Origin: Mobula hypostoma
Taxonomy: Eukaryota
Length of the DNA stretch: 64,000 nucleotides
Reading direction: 5' to 3'
Assembly (NCBI RefSeq): GCF_963921235.1
Contig: NC_086122.1
Location: 26,040,001 to 26,104,000 of the forward strand
Shown: positions 36,605-49,539 of the stretch, in pieces
Position numbering within the stretch: position 1 is the first letter of the stretch
Layout of the letters: every line of letters begins with the position of its first letter
The notes under the pieces: model-generated
Database searches by the model: none
What the model was told of the DNA's origin: nothing
Seen by the model: the letters and a program-made list of their open reading frames with translations, nothing else
Made by a program: the position numbers and the translations under genes

Positions 36605-37322
36605 GTGAGAGTCAGCTGGGGTGAGATACTGCGTCCGGTGCTCCCAATGTGGCCTTCTATATATTGGCAAGACCCGACACAGGCTGGGAGACCGTTTCGC
36701 TGAACACCTACGCTCTGTCTGCCAGAGAAAGCAGGATCTCCCAGTGGCGACACATTTTAATTCCACATCCCATTCCCATTCTGATATGTCTATGCACGGC
36801 CTCCTCTACTGTCAAGATGAAGACACACTCAGGTTGGAGGAACAACACCTTATATTCTGTCTGGATAGCCTCCAACCTGATGGCATGAACATTGACTCCT
36901 CTAACTTCTGTTAATGCCCCACCTCCCGTTCGTACCCTATCCATTATTTATGTATTTATTGATTTATTATTATTATTTTTTTTTTCCTCTTTCCTTTTTT
37001 TTCCCTCTGTCCCTCTCACTATACCCCTTGCCCATCCTCTGGGCTTCCCCCCCTCCCCCTTTTCTTTCTCCCTGGGCCTCCTGTCCCATGATCCTCTCAT
37101 ACCCCTTTTGCCAATCACCTGTCCAGCTCTTGGCTCCATCCCTCCCCCTCCTGTCTTCTCCTATCATTTCGGATTTCCCCTCCCCCTTCCACTTTCAAAT
37201 CTCTTACTATCTCTTCTTTCAGTTGGTCCTGACGAAGGGTCTCCACCCGAAATGTCGACTGTACCTCTTCCTAGAGATGCTGCCTGGCCTGCTGCGTTCA
37301 CCAGCAGCTTTTAAGTGTGTTG
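36605..37322 (+). mobile_element. Penelope-like element 3' end (GIY-YIG plus pLTR with hammerhead 37225-37260)
   Basis: RYCVRCSQCGLLYIGKTRHRLGDRFAEH...QPDGMNID; ggtc-CTGACGA-agggtctccaccc-GAAA-tgtc-gact. Confidence 0.92.
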
Positions 37323-37344
37323 CCCAAAATAATGCTTTCTTTCT

Positions 37345-37750
37345 TCTAGAGCTTTTCTTTTTGAAGTGAAGGAGGATAAGAGATGGCTTGATAGAGGTGT
37401 ATAAGATGATAAAAGGCATAGACAGATTGGACAACCAGTGCCTTTTCTCCTCCCTGGGTGGAAATGGCTAATACGAGAGGGCATAACTTCAAGATGATTG
37501 GAGGAAAGTATAGGGGGAGGTGTCAGAGGTAGTTTTTCCTTCTACACAGAGAGCGTTGGGTGTGTGGAACACACTGCCAGGGGTGGTGGTAGGGACAGAC
37601 ACGTTAGAGACATTTAAGAGACTTTTAGGTACGTGGACAACAGAAAGTTAGAGGGGCACGTGGGAGTGAAGCATCAAGTTGATCTTGGAGTAGTTTAAAA
37701 GGTTGGTATAACATCATGCCCTGAGGAGCCTACACTGTGCTGTCGTGCTC
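37345..37750 (+). mobile_element. CR1 LINE 3' fragment
   Basis: aggaggataagagatggcttgatagaggtgtataagatgat...tacacagagagcg...tggaac. Confidence 0.75.
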
Positions 37751-38252
37751 AGTGTTTTTCAATAAAATTTTAAATTGGTGAAATAATTCCTTCAAGAATG
37801 TAAGCCTTTAGTTTACATCTATTTTTCAGTATCTGGCCATTGCCGGCTAGTCTGGGATTTGTCCTGGACACTGTTAAGCTTCAGGAGAGTTGCTAGTGCT
37901 ACACTCTTCCAGGCAAGTAGAATATTTCCCAACCTGCCTGGTATGGTGGCAGAGACAAATACATTAGAGGCTTATAAGAGACATTTAGATAGGCACATGA
38001 ATGTGAGGAAGATGGAGGGATATGGACATTATGTAGGTAAGAGGGATTAGTTTTTGGGTTTTTTAAATTTACATTTGAGCTGGTTTGGCTCAACGTTGTG
38101 GGACGAAGGGCCTGTTCCTGTGTTCTATTTCAATAGACTCTTGACTTGTCCAGTTACCCAGTCCCTGATTTGCTCTAATAGCAATGGCATTTACATAGTA
38201 AGCAGCTGAAAATCAATGTTACGTCAGTGTTATACTGAGCCCAGGTAGAGAG

Positions 38253-38350
38253 CAGTCCAGGTGAAGGGTTTTGGCTCGAAACGTCGACTGTACTCTTTTC
38301 CATAGATGCTGCCTGGGCTGCTGTGTTCCTCCAGTATTTTGTGTGTGTTA
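38253..38350 (+). mobile_element. Penelope pLTR 3' fragment starting at a degenerate hammerhead
   Basis: cagtc-CAGGTGA-agggttttggctc-GAAA-cgtc-gactg...gatgctgcctgg. Confidence 0.75.
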
Positions 38351-38748
38351 CATGAAAACATGGCTGAAAGTCCTCTCACAGGATGTTGTATATCTCAGTG
38401 ATGAAAAATTTTGAAAACACAGAGCTTCAGACAAATCCATGCAGGTAAGAAAACTGTGTTTCTGAAGACCACACGTGGGCAGCCTTTTGCAGAGAATAGT
38501 GTATTTGTCTCCTGCCTAAAAGTCTATGATGTTCAATGAGTGGCCTGCCAAGCATATCATGAAGCTTCTAGTGATGCAGTGCTGCAAATGAGCGATTAGT
38601 ACAATATTTCTCGTGGCAAAATGCTGGTAAAAGTACTAGTTGTTAGTTGTAGAAGTTTCGGTGGACTTTGGAGTAGCTTCAACAATCTGCAGTCAGTCCT
38701 GAGGCTGCCTATTCAGGTCACCAAAGTCAACAATCTGTTCCTTTAAAT

Positions 38749-38797
38749 CAGGGGTTCCCAACCTTTTTTATGTCAGTAACCGGGGTGGGAGCCCCTA
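38749..38797. mobile_element. hAT-type MITE (49 bp)
   Basis: CAGGGGTTCCCA...TGGGAGCCCCTA; 8-bp TSD ctttaaat at 38741-38748 and 38798-38805. Confidence 0.8.
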
Positions 38798-38904
38798 CTT
38801 TAAATGATAAATGCCCCTACAGCAAAGCATGGTCCTAGCTCTGGGGAGAATCTTCCATTACAGATCTTTGAGTTCTAATTCACATAGGTAGTGGTGTAAA
38901 CAGC

Positions 38905-39409
38905 CCTGACATGGTTTGGGTCATGCCTGTCAATCATGACATGGTTTGGGTCATGCCTGTCGATCCTGACATGGTTTCATTCATGCCTGTTGATCCTAAC
39001 ATGGTTTTGTTCATGCCTGTCGATCCTGACATGGTTTCGTTCATGCCTGTCGATCCTGACATGGTTTCGTTCATGCCTGTCGATCCTGACATGGTTTCGT
39101 TCATGCCTGTCAATCCTGACATGGTTTGGGTCATGCCTGTTGATCCTGACGTGGCTTGGGTCATGCCTGTTGATCCTGACATGGTTTCATTCATGCCTGT
39201 CCATCCTGACATGGTTTCGTTTATGCCTGTTGATCCTGACGTAGTTTGGGTCATACCTGTTGATCCTGACATGATTTCGGTCATGCCTGTTGATCCTGAC
39301 GTGGTTTGGGTCATGCCTGTCGACCCTGACATGGTTTGGGTCATGTCTGTCGATCCTGACATGGTTTCGTTCATGCCTGTCGATCTTGACATGGTTTGGG
39401 TCATGCCTG
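38905..39409. repeat. 30-bp minisatellite, ~17 copies
   Basis: Unit CCTGACATGGTTT(GGG/CGT)TCATGCCTGT(C/T)GAT. Confidence 0.98.
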
Positions 39410-40382
39410 ATACAAAAAGATTGCGACGCGGGCTAATGTGCATCAAACGTGGCAGAGTCCAATCTAATTTTGCTCACTGTGCAATTTTCCCTCAATGATG
39501 CAATTGTTAATTTTAGACTAGAGGCCAGGGTTCATGATATGCGTGGCAGGCCATTCATTTCCCCTCCCTAGCTTACAAAGGAACCCAACCCAATACTGTA
39601 ATTGTTACTATGCAGTGCCTACTTTGTCCATAGTTATGTGTTCAAATCCTACCATGACAGCTGGGGAATTTAAATTCAATTCATTAAATACATTTGGAGT
39701 TACAAGCTAGTCACTGTAATGGTTATCACGAGCACAGGACTGTCACAGAAACCCATTTGCTTTACTAATATCCTTCATGGAAGGAAATCTGACAAATGCA
39801 GATGTGTTTCCAGACCCAGCAATATGTTTGTCTGAATTATCTTCTGAATTTAGGAGAAATTAGGGATAGATAATAAGCACTTGATTACCAGCAACATTTA
39901 TGACCCATAAACAAATAAAAAGACTGCTAGTGCAAGCTACATGCAAAATCAATTTATGTTGTTCTGGACTTTTTTTCATAATGAAATACGAGTTTATTTC
40001 TATGTTTTAATTTACAGCAGCAATCATCAGATTCACGTGAGCACCATACTCATTTTCTCCTCCATAGTTTACCCAATAATTGTAGCTGAACTGTGTCTAG
40101 TTTTTCCATTTAATCCCAGGCAAAAAGTGGCAAGATTATGTCTGGGCACAGAGGTCATCATAACTGAACTTATCACTTTCTCTAATTCATCGTCTGCAAC
40201 AGAGAAACTTTCTGGGATCAAATAATATCAAATGGAACCAACATCTGGACACACTAGCTGTTGCAGCTGAGATCAGCCACTTCCTGATCCAATGGCCTTG
40301 TTACGTCGGATTTAAGTATTTGCTTGTTCAATCTAAAGTGGCCACCTTGTATTGAAGTATGCAATTCATTACGGAATGCATA

Positions 40383-40723
40383 AACACAAGAATGTCTGCA
40401 GATGCTGGAAATCCAAAGCAACACACACAAAATGCTGGAGGAGCTCGGCACGTCAGGCAGCATCTGTGGAAATGAATAGATAGTCAACGTTTTGGCCGAG
40501 ACCCTTCTTCAGGACTGAGAAGGAAGGGGAAGGTGCCAGAATAAAAAGGTGGGGCGGGGGGGGGGGGTAGCTGAAAGGTGATAGGTGAAGCCAAGTGGGT
40601 GGGAAAGGTAAAGGGCTGGAGAAGAATAAATCTGATGGGAGAGGAGAGTGGAACACGGGAGAAAGGAAAGGAGGAGGGGACCCAGGGGGAAGCAGGCGAG
40701 AAGAGGTATAAGGTCAGAGTGGA
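40383..40723 (-). mobile_element. Penelope pLTR cassette with mutated hammerhead (40482-40516)
   Basis: TSD gaatgcata at 40374-40382 and 40724-40732; CTGAAGA-agggtctcggcc-AAAA-cgtt. Confidence 0.8.
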
Positions 40724-41754
40724 GAATGCATATAGTTGAGGTTCTTCTCCATGCCAGCAGAGGTCATAGTGCTTTTGGAAGCATAGCTTACTGTGCGACA
40801 CTGTTTTGATCTTAAGTAGATACATTTTGGTTGATCTCTGTAAACATTGTGGTTTCAGATATGTACTCTTACCAGGCTCAAAGAAAATAAAGCTTACAGA
40901 AAAACAAAACTCAGCTTCCACTTTTTAAAAAAAATGTTAAGATACTTAAGGCATCTCTTGTCCATGTGACAGAAGATATGGGCAGGACCCCTACCTTCAA
41001 CAACTCTAAATGTATAAATAGAAAAATACAGCACAGAAAAAGGCCCTTCAGCCCATTTAGTCCATGCTGAACCCTTTAAACTGCCTACTCCGATTGACTT
41101 GCACCCGAACCATAGCCATCAAAAATGTGGTTTCATTTTCTCTAACATCGAGGCAGTGTGTAGAGCACTGTTGTCATAACATTCCTAAGTGGTGAAAGCT
41201 TCCAATTAAGTTCACAAAACCTGGCCAAAATGACTTGTAGGTGGTCATACAATACAAATTAAAGTTGGACACAAATGTGTTATTGAGACTGACAGGTTGT
41301 CACCAAAATCCTGGTGTTTTTGGATAATCAATTAACCACTGATACTTTTCTCAAATGGGTGCCAAGAATAAACAGAACCACTTGCCTCCTGTGTTTCCTG
41401 CCAGCTTCTGCAAAAATGTTTAACCTTGGTTTGTGTTACAACCAGTGTTGTCAAATTTCTGAGAAGGAAATGCCATGAACAAACTTTCTGCCGCTTTGTA
41501 GCATGACTGTGCTCCAATCCAACTGAGCTAATTTTGCAAGAGTTATTAGTATAATTTAAAAATAAATTGATTTCAGATTCAGATCTATTTATCTCATTGA
41601 AACGTACAGTGAAATGTGCCATTTGGGGTATCAACCAACTCACCTAAGGGTGCCCTGGAGGGGCAGCCTGCAAGTGTTGGCACATATTGAGGTGCCCAAC
41701 ATAGTGTGCCAACAATATTCAGCAGGACAACACGAGCAACGACAACAGAACAAA

Positions 41755-42160
41755 CACTAGAAAGTCTGCAGATGCTGGAAATCCAAAGCAACACACACAA
41801 AACGCTGGAGGAACTCAGCAGGTCAGACAGCATCTGTGGAAATGAACAAACAGTTGATGTTTCGGGCCGAGATCCTACTTCAGAGACTGAGAAGGAAGAG
41901 GGGAAGATGCCAGAATAACAAGGTGGGGGGAGGAGCAGGAGGCTAGCTGGAAGGTGAGGGGTGAAGGCGGGGGGGGAAGGTCAAGGGCTGGAGAAGAAAA
42001 AATCTGATAGGAGAGGAGAGTGGACTGTAGGAGAAAGGGAAGGAGGAGGGGACTCAGGGAGAGGTGATGGGCAGGTGAGAAGAAGTGAAAGGGGACTAGA
42101 GGAAGGGGTGGGGGAGGGGCATGGATTAACACATCGGATCGGGAATGGGAACCAGAATTA
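41755..42160 (-). mobile_element. Penelope pLTR cassette, 13-bp TSD
   Basis: TSD acaacagaacaaa at 41742-41754 and 42161-42173; degenerate hammerhead 41851-41889. Confidence 0.8.
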
Positions 42161-43194
42161 ACAACAGAACAAAACAAGACAACGGCAGCAAAACAGGCTC
42201 CTTTACCAACTCGCCACCCAACATAGACAAAGATATAAAAACAGCTATGTGAATGCTGTTTTTCTTTAAAGTCAGTTCCACAGGAGACAGTTCAAATTAA
42301 AATATTGTTTTAATAGAATTATAATAACAATTGTATCTAGGACTGACATTCACCCTCAATTAAGCACAGTACCCAACCAGGCTACAGCTTAACGAGAATA
42401 CAGATGATGCCCATGTGCAAAATTGCAACACGAAGGAACCTCTGGTTTTAATGAACAAAATATCAATTGAGATCAGATGAGTTGTGTAGAGATGGTTCAT
42501 TTGACAAAAGCAGTGTAGCGGCCGGAGAAATGGATGATAGCATTAGGTCTAACCACAGTCTGTTTCAAGTCAGTTGATCTTGATTGGTATGTTAGTATGA
42601 GTCAACCATGGCCTTGAACTAGCATGAGTAGAGCTTAGAAAGCAGCCTGGCTTCCTGCTCCACAATACCAGCTGTGACTCAGCTAGATGGTATGCCAGCT
42701 GGCAACAACAGAAACAAATTGAAAGGCTAATCAAATCCATCAAAAATGGATCATTCCCCCCACCTCGCAACCCTCAAAGAACTGGGCTTATATTTAACTA
42801 TAACAATATATTCCCAATAACTTTGTATCAATATTATGGTATGTTTATTATTATGAAACTAATAAAAAGATTGAAAAAGAAAGAAAGAAACAAATTTTTA
42901 TGGGATTACTGCCATTGAGTTTTCAACTATCACTTCTGTGGGAATCACCACTGACCAGAACTTAATTGGATCTCCTAATAAGAAACAAACCAAGTGCACA
43001 AGAGAACCCACTGTGTGTCCCAGAGCAAATCTAAAGCAGCACAACACTGCACAGCACAACAGTCTGCTTAACCAACACCCTGACTAATTGCTGCCTCCAC
43101 CACCAGTTTACCGAGTCTCACAAGACAGTGCAGAGGCTCCCCAAGGACTCCCTTATAGTAGTTCTCAGAATGGTAACTCCTGCACCCTGAGATA

Positions 43195-43835
43195 TTTTAC
43201 AAATACCTGGGGATACGAATTGACAATAAACTGGACGGGTCAAAGAACACTGAGGCTGTCTACAAGAAGGGTCAGAGCCGTCTCTATTTCCTGAGGAGAC
43301 TGAGGTCCTTTAGTATCTGTGGGACGATGCTGAGGATGTTCTATGAGTCTGTGGTGGCCAGTGCTATCATGTTTGCTGTTGTGTGCTGGGGCAGCAGGCT
43401 GAGGGTAGCAGACACCAACAAAATCAACAAACTCATTCGTAAGGCCAGTGATGTTGTGGGGATGGAACTGGACTCTCTGACGGTGGTGTCTGAAAAGAGG
43501 ATGCTGTCCAAGTTGCGTGCCATCTTGGACAATGTCTCCCATCCACTACATAATGTACTGGTTGGGCACAGGAGTACATTCAGCCAGAGACTCGTTCCAC
43601 CGAGATGCAACACAGAGCATCATAGGAAGTCATTCCTGCCTGTGGCCATCAAACTTTACAACTCCTCCCTTGGAGGGTCAGACACCCTGAGCCAATAGGC
43701 TGGTCCTGGACTTGTTTCCTGGCACAATTCACATATCAATATTTAACTATTTATGGTTTTATTACTATCTAATTATTTATGGTGCAACTGTAACGAAAAC
43801 CAATTTCCCCTGGGATCAATGAAGTATGACTATGT
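43195..43835 (+). mobile_element. Rex1/Babar-type LINE 3' fragment
   Basis: KYLGIRIDNKLDG...RLYFLRRLRSF..MLRMFYESVVASAIMFAVVCWG...SFLPVAIKLYN; (gactat)n tail. Confidence 0.88.
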
Positions 43836-43919
43836 TAAGGGAGGCTGAAGCATGAGAACATAACTTAAAGTTCACCTGGGGCTGGCGTACATTTCTGTCA
43901 ATATTTCTTCACTGTTTAA

Positions 43920-44640
43920 ACATAGAAAAATACAGCCAAGGAACAGACTATCCGTAGAACACAATGTTAGTACTGAACACGATGGAAAATTATTTTGCCG
44001 CGATCCAGATCTATTAGCCTCTTAAACACCACTGTCATATCCCCCTCTGTTATAATCCTTCGGCAGCCCGTTCCAGGCACTTTTCATTCTATGTGTAATA
44101 AAACTTGCCCCTTATATCACCCTTAAACCTTCCTCTTTGTCTTCATTGTATATCCTCCAGTATTTGACTTGTCTACGCCAGCTGAAATATTCCGCTGTCT
44201 ATCTTTTTAATGCCTCTGATGCTTCAGAGAAAACAGCTTGTTTGTCCAACCCCTCCTTATAGCTCACATCAAGGCAGCATCCTGGTAATCTTCTGTACTC
44301 TTTCCAAAGCTTCCACATTCTTCCTGTAATGTAATGACCAACACTGCATTCAATACCTCAGGGGCAGCCTTTATGATTTGCTCACACTTATACTGAGTGT
44401 CCTGACCAGGAAAGGCCAGCCTGGAATATGCCTTCTTTACCATCCTATTTGCTTGGATGGCCGCTTTCAGGGACCTCGAGATTCCTCTGTATATCAGTGT
44501 TGTTATGAGTCCTGCCATTAACTGTATATTTGACCTCATAAAGTGAAACGCTCCCCTTAGCCCCAGATTAAACCCTACCTGTCATTTTTATGCCCATTTA
44601 TATTCTGTTACATCCTTTGACAACCTCCTCCCCTTTATTG
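43920..44640 (-). mobile_element. Older CR1 LINE 3' fragment
   Basis: Decayed RT C-terminal motifs (ANRMVKKAYSRLAF) and CR1 tail. Confidence 0.65.
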
Positions 44641-44688
44641 TATACCCTCTAGTATTTAGTTCCTCCAGCTCCTTAAGGTGGTGCAGAT

Positions 44689-47085
44689 AAGTGGCGATGG
44701 GAACCAACTAGAGAGCAGGCTATTCTGAACTGGGTTTTGAGCAATGAGGAAGGGTTAATTAGCAATCTTGTCGTGAGAGGCCCCTTGGGTAAGAGTGACC
44801 ATAATATGGTGGAATTCTTCATTAAGATGGAGAGTGACATAGTTAATTCAGAAACAAAGGTTCTGAACTTAAAGAGGGGTAACTTTGAAGGTATGAGACG
44901 TGAATTAGCTAAGATAGACTGGCAAATGACACTTAAAGGATTGACGGTGGATATGCAATGGCAAGCATTTAAAGGTTGCATGGATGAACTACAACAATTG
45001 TTCATCCCAGTTTGGCAAAAGAATAAATCAAGGAAGGTAGTGCACCCGTGGCTGACAAGAGAAATTAGGGATAGTATCAATTCCAAAGAAGAAGCATACA
45101 AATTAGCCAGAGTAAGTGGCTCACCTGAGGACTGGGAGAAATTCAGAGTTCAGCAGAGGAGGACAAAGGGCTTAATTAGGAAGGGGAAAAAAGATTATGA
45201 GAGAAAACTGGCAGGGAAAATAAAAACGGACTGTAAAAGCTTTTATAGATATGTAAAAAGGAAAAGACTGGTAAAGACAAATGTAGGTCCCCTGCAGACA
45301 GAAACAGGTGAATTGATTATGGGGAGCAAGGACATGGCAGACCAATTGAATAATTACTTTGGTTCTGTCTTCACTAAGGAGGACATAAATAATCTTCCAG
45401 AAATAGTAAGGGACAGAGGGTCCAGTGAGATGGAGGAACTGAGTGAAATACATGTTAGTAGGGAAGTGGTGTTAGGTAAATTGAAGGGATTAAAGGCAGA
45501 TAAATCCCCAGGGCCAGATGGTCTGCATCCTAGAGTGCTTAAGGAAGTAGCCCAAGAAATAGTGGATGCATTAGTGATAATTTTTCAAAACTCGTTAGAT
45601 TCTGGACTAGTTCCTGAGGATTGGAGGGTGGCTAATGTAACCCCACTTTTTAAAAAAGAAGGGAGAGAGAAACCGGGGAATTATAGACCAGTTAGCCTAA
45701 CGTCGGTGGTGGGGAAACTGCTGGAGTCAGTTATCAAGGATGTGATAACAGCACATTTGGAAAGCGGTGAAATCATCGGACAAAGTCAGCATGGATTTGT
45801 GAAAGGAAAATCATGTCTGACGTATCTCATAGAATTTTTTGAGGATGTAACTGGTAGAATGGATAGGGGAGAACCAGTGGATGTGGTATATTTGGATTTT
45901 CAAAAGGTTTTTGACAAGGTCCCACACAGGAGATTAGTGTGCAAACTTAAAGCACACGGTATTGGGGGTAAGGTATTGGTGTGGGTGGAGAATTGGTTAG
46001 CAGACAGGAAGCAAAGAGTGGGAATAAACGGGACCTTTTCAGAATGGCAGGGGGTGACTAGTGGGGTACCGCAAGGCTCAGTGCTGGGACCCCAGTTGTT
46101 TACAATATATATTAATGACTTGGATGAGGGAATTAAATGCAGCATCTCCAAGTTTGCGGATGACACGAAGCTGGGTGGCAGTGTTAGCAGTGAGGAGGAT
46201 GCTAAGAGGATGCAGGGTGACTTGGATAGGTTGGGTGAGTGGACAAATTCATGGCAGATGCAATTTAATGTGGATAAATGTGAAGTTATCCACTTTGGTG
46301 GCAAAAATAGGAAAACAGATTATTATCTGAATGGTGGCCGATTAGGAAAAGGGAAGGTGCAACGAGACCTGGGTGTCATTATACACCAGTCATTGAAAGT
46401 GGGCATGCAGGTACAGCAGGCGGTGAAAAAGGCGAATGGTATGCTGGCATTTATAGCGAGAGGATTCGAGTACAGGAGCAGGGAGGTACTACTGCAGTTG
46501 TACAAGGCCTTGGTGAGACCACAACTGGAGTATTGTGTGCAGTTTTGGTCCCCTAATCTGAGGAAAGACATCTTTGCCATAGAGGGAGTACAAAGAAGGT
46601 TCACCAGATTGATTCCTGGGATGGCAGGACTTTCATATGAAGAAAGACTGGATGAACTGGGCTTGTACTCGTTGGAATTTAGAAGATTGAGGGGGGATCT
46701 GATTGAAATGTATAAGATCCTAAAGGGATTGGACAGGCTAGATGCAGGAAGATTGTTCCCGATGTTGGGGAAGTCCAGAATGAGGGGGTCACAGTTTGAG
46801 GATAGAGGGGAAGCCTTTTAGGACCGAGATTAGGAAAAACTTCTTCACACAGAGAGTGGTGAATCTGCGGAATTCTCTGCCACAGGAAACTGTTGAGGCC
46901 AGTTCATTGGCTATATTTAAGAGGGAGTTAGATATGGCCATTGTGGCTACGGGGGTCAGGGGGTATGGAGGGAAGGCTGGGGCGGGGTTCTGAGTTGGAT
47001 GATCAGCCATGATCATAATAAATGGCGGTGCAGGTTTGAAGGGCCGAATGGCCTACTCCTGCACCTATTTTCTATGTTTCTATGT
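44689..47085 (+). mobile_element. Young CR1/HER1 LINE, 5'-truncated, with 694-codon ORF2 (complete RT domain)
   Basis: ORF 44737-46821: SDHN, KSPGPDG, YRPVSLTS, QHGF, YLDFQKVFD, GVPQGSVLGP, FADD; single frameshift near 46790; (tctatgtt)n tail. Confidence 0.97.
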
Positions 47086-47348
47086 TTTATTAAGTATTCC
47101 CAGTTAGGACCACTACAGCCGAAATCCACAGTCACAGTCACTGGGAACTGCAGTAAGCAACATTGTTGTAAGACGTTTGGAAAGACCTACCAATCTTCAA
47201 AATCGGCAGTCCCTGGACAGCAGACTGGGGTCGTGAGTGCAGTTCACCTGTAAGAGAAAGGAAACGTAGAAAGGGGGCCAGTGTGCAGGTACGATTGAAA
47301 TGCAGAGGTCTTAGAATCAACCCCCCCCCCGCCACTCCTGACTACTCT

Positions 47349-47990
47349 AATGGCCTTCGTAACAAGGGGAGTTGAGTATAGGAGCAAAGAGGTCCTTCTG
47401 CAGTTGTACAGGGCCCTGGTGAGACCACACCTGGAGTATTGTGTGCAGTTTTGGTCTCCAAATTTGAGGAAGGACATTCTAGCTATTGAGGGAGTGCAGC
47501 ATAGGTTCACGAGGTTAATTCCCGGGATGACGGGACTGTCATATGTTGAAAGATTGGAGCGACTGGGCTTGTATACACTGGAACTTAGAAGGATGAGAGG
47601 GGATCTGATTGAAACATATAAGATTATTAAGGGATTGGACATGCTAGAGGCAGGAAACATATTTCCGATGTTGGGGGAGTCCAGAACTAGAGGCCACAAT
47701 TTGAGAATAAGGGGTAGGCCATTTAGAATGGAGTTGAGGAAAAACTTTTTCACACAGGGGGTTGTAGTTCTGTGGAATGCTCTGCCTCAGAAGGCAGTGG
47801 AGGCCAATTCTCTGGATGCTTTCAAAAAAGAGTTAGATAGAGCTCTTAAAGATAGTGGAGTGAAGGGATATGCGGAGAAGGCAGGAACTGGATACTGATT
47901 GTGGATGATCAGCCATGATCACCGTGAATGGCGGTGCTGGCTCGAAGGGCTGAATGGCCTACTCCTGTACCTATTGTCTATTTTCTATTG
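47349..47990 (+). mobile_element. CR1/HER1 LINE 3' fragment
   Basis: 182-aa open ORF2 C-terminus LYRALVRPHLEYCVQFWSP...; ctattgt tail. Confidence 0.95.
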
Positions 47991-48139
47991 AATGTACAGT
48001 CTCTGAAAAATAAACACCGCCAGTTTCACTGCTATTATAGTGATAAAATTTAACACAGTACTGAACATGGAATTTGAAGAACTCTGAGCTTCCTTATGCA
48101 AGAAATAGGTCATGTTTAATTTCAGTAGAAAACATCAAT

Positions 48140-49010
48140 CTCATCTTTCCCTCCCCACTCTTCACTTTCCACAGGGATTGCTCCCTCCATGAGTCCCTTT
48201 TCCAGTCGTCCCGCCCCATTAAGCTCCCACCCGGTACTTATCCCTGCAGCAGCCAAAGTACCACACCTGCCCGTTCACCTCCTCCCTCACCTCCATTCAG
48301 GGACCCAAACAGTCCTTCCAGGTGAGGCAACATTCAGCTGCGAATCTGCTGGGTTTGTCTGTGGTGTTCGGTGCCCCCGGTGTGGCTTCCTCCACACTGG
48401 CAAAACCCGTCGTAAATTCGGGGACCGCTTTGTTAAGCACCTCCACTCAGTCCGCCAGAAGTGGAACTTCCCAGTGGCCCAACATTTTAATTCCCATTCC
48501 CATTCCCGTCCCGCCATGTCGGCCCACGGCCTCCTCTTGTGCCATGTTGAATCCACCCTCAGGGTGGAGGAGCAACACGTTATATTCCGTCTGAGCAGCC
48601 TCCAACCTGATGGCATGAACGTCAATTTCTCCTTCTGGCCATTTTCCCCTCGCCCTCCCCTCGTCTTCTATCCCCCACTCTGGCCTCTTCTCACCTGCCT
48701 ATCACCTTCCCCTGGCGCCCCTCCTCCTTCCCTTTCTCCTATGGCCCACTCTCCTCTCCTGTAAGATTCCTTCCTCTCCAGTCCTTTACCTTTCCCATCC
48801 TCCTGGCCTCACCTATCACCTTCCAGCTATCCTCCTTCCCCTCCCCCCACCATTTTTATTCTGGCATCTTCCCCCTTCTGTCCTGAAGAAGAGTCTCGGC
48901 CTGAAATATCGACTGTTCATTTCCACAGATGCTGCCTGCCCGGCTAAGTTCCTGCAGCATTCTGGGTGTGTTGCTTTGGATTTCCAGCATCTGCAGAAAT
49001 TCTTCTCTTT
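48140..49010 (+). mobile_element. Penelope-like element 3' end (GIY-YIG plus pLTR with hammerhead 48880-48913)
   Basis: CESAGFVCGVRCPRCGFLHTGKTRRKFGDRFVKH...QPDGMNVNFS; gtc-CTGAAGA-agagtctcggcct-GAAA-tatc-gac. Confidence 0.9.
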
Positions 49011-49539
49011 CCTTCCCCCCCCCCCTTTGCTTAACTAGCTAGCTATCACTTGTCAATGTGGATAATGACATTTTGGTAAGCTAAATCGGCTGTGAACAGC
49101 ACCTCAGCCAAATGTGTGGGATGACTCAGAATGTGGCAGAAAGCTGAAGAAGTCTGGACTCTCGTCTATTTCCTGCTCCTGGCTTCATATTAGAGACCAA
49201 CTGAGATCCCTGAGTATCCGCAGGGCATCGAACTGATGTAGCTGGCATTTGTTTAGTATCTTGCTGTATGAATTTTCTGCCACTGAGGAGCTAACCTTTA
49301 GGCTTTTTAATAGAGCGTAAATGGTAAAAACAATGAGAAGGGGGCGTGACTGGAACGCAATGACACAGAGTCCAACAAACAGCTGAACAGAAGAAAGAAG
49401 TGAGGAAATTCCGTAAATGTAAAGAAAATTCAGGGTTCAACATTTTCACACACTGCGGGTGGAAGAAGTGTTGGGTAGTGGAATCAGTTAAAATTGCAGT
49501 TTCCAACTCTGGGCTGTCACGTGTCCATCATTTTCTGAT

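Noticed and set aside
38905-39409. CRISPR array
   Set aside because: Contiguous 30-bp tandem units with no unique spacers, no cas genes, vertebrate context.
38911-39498. 195-aa and 170-aa ORFs as real genes
   Set aside because: Open only because the repeat unit lacks stops; no gene structure support, so kept only as a low-probability finding.
44737-46821. Host protein-coding gene (694 aa)
   Set aside because: CR1 ORF2 reverse transcriptase, 5'-truncated with a LINE tail.
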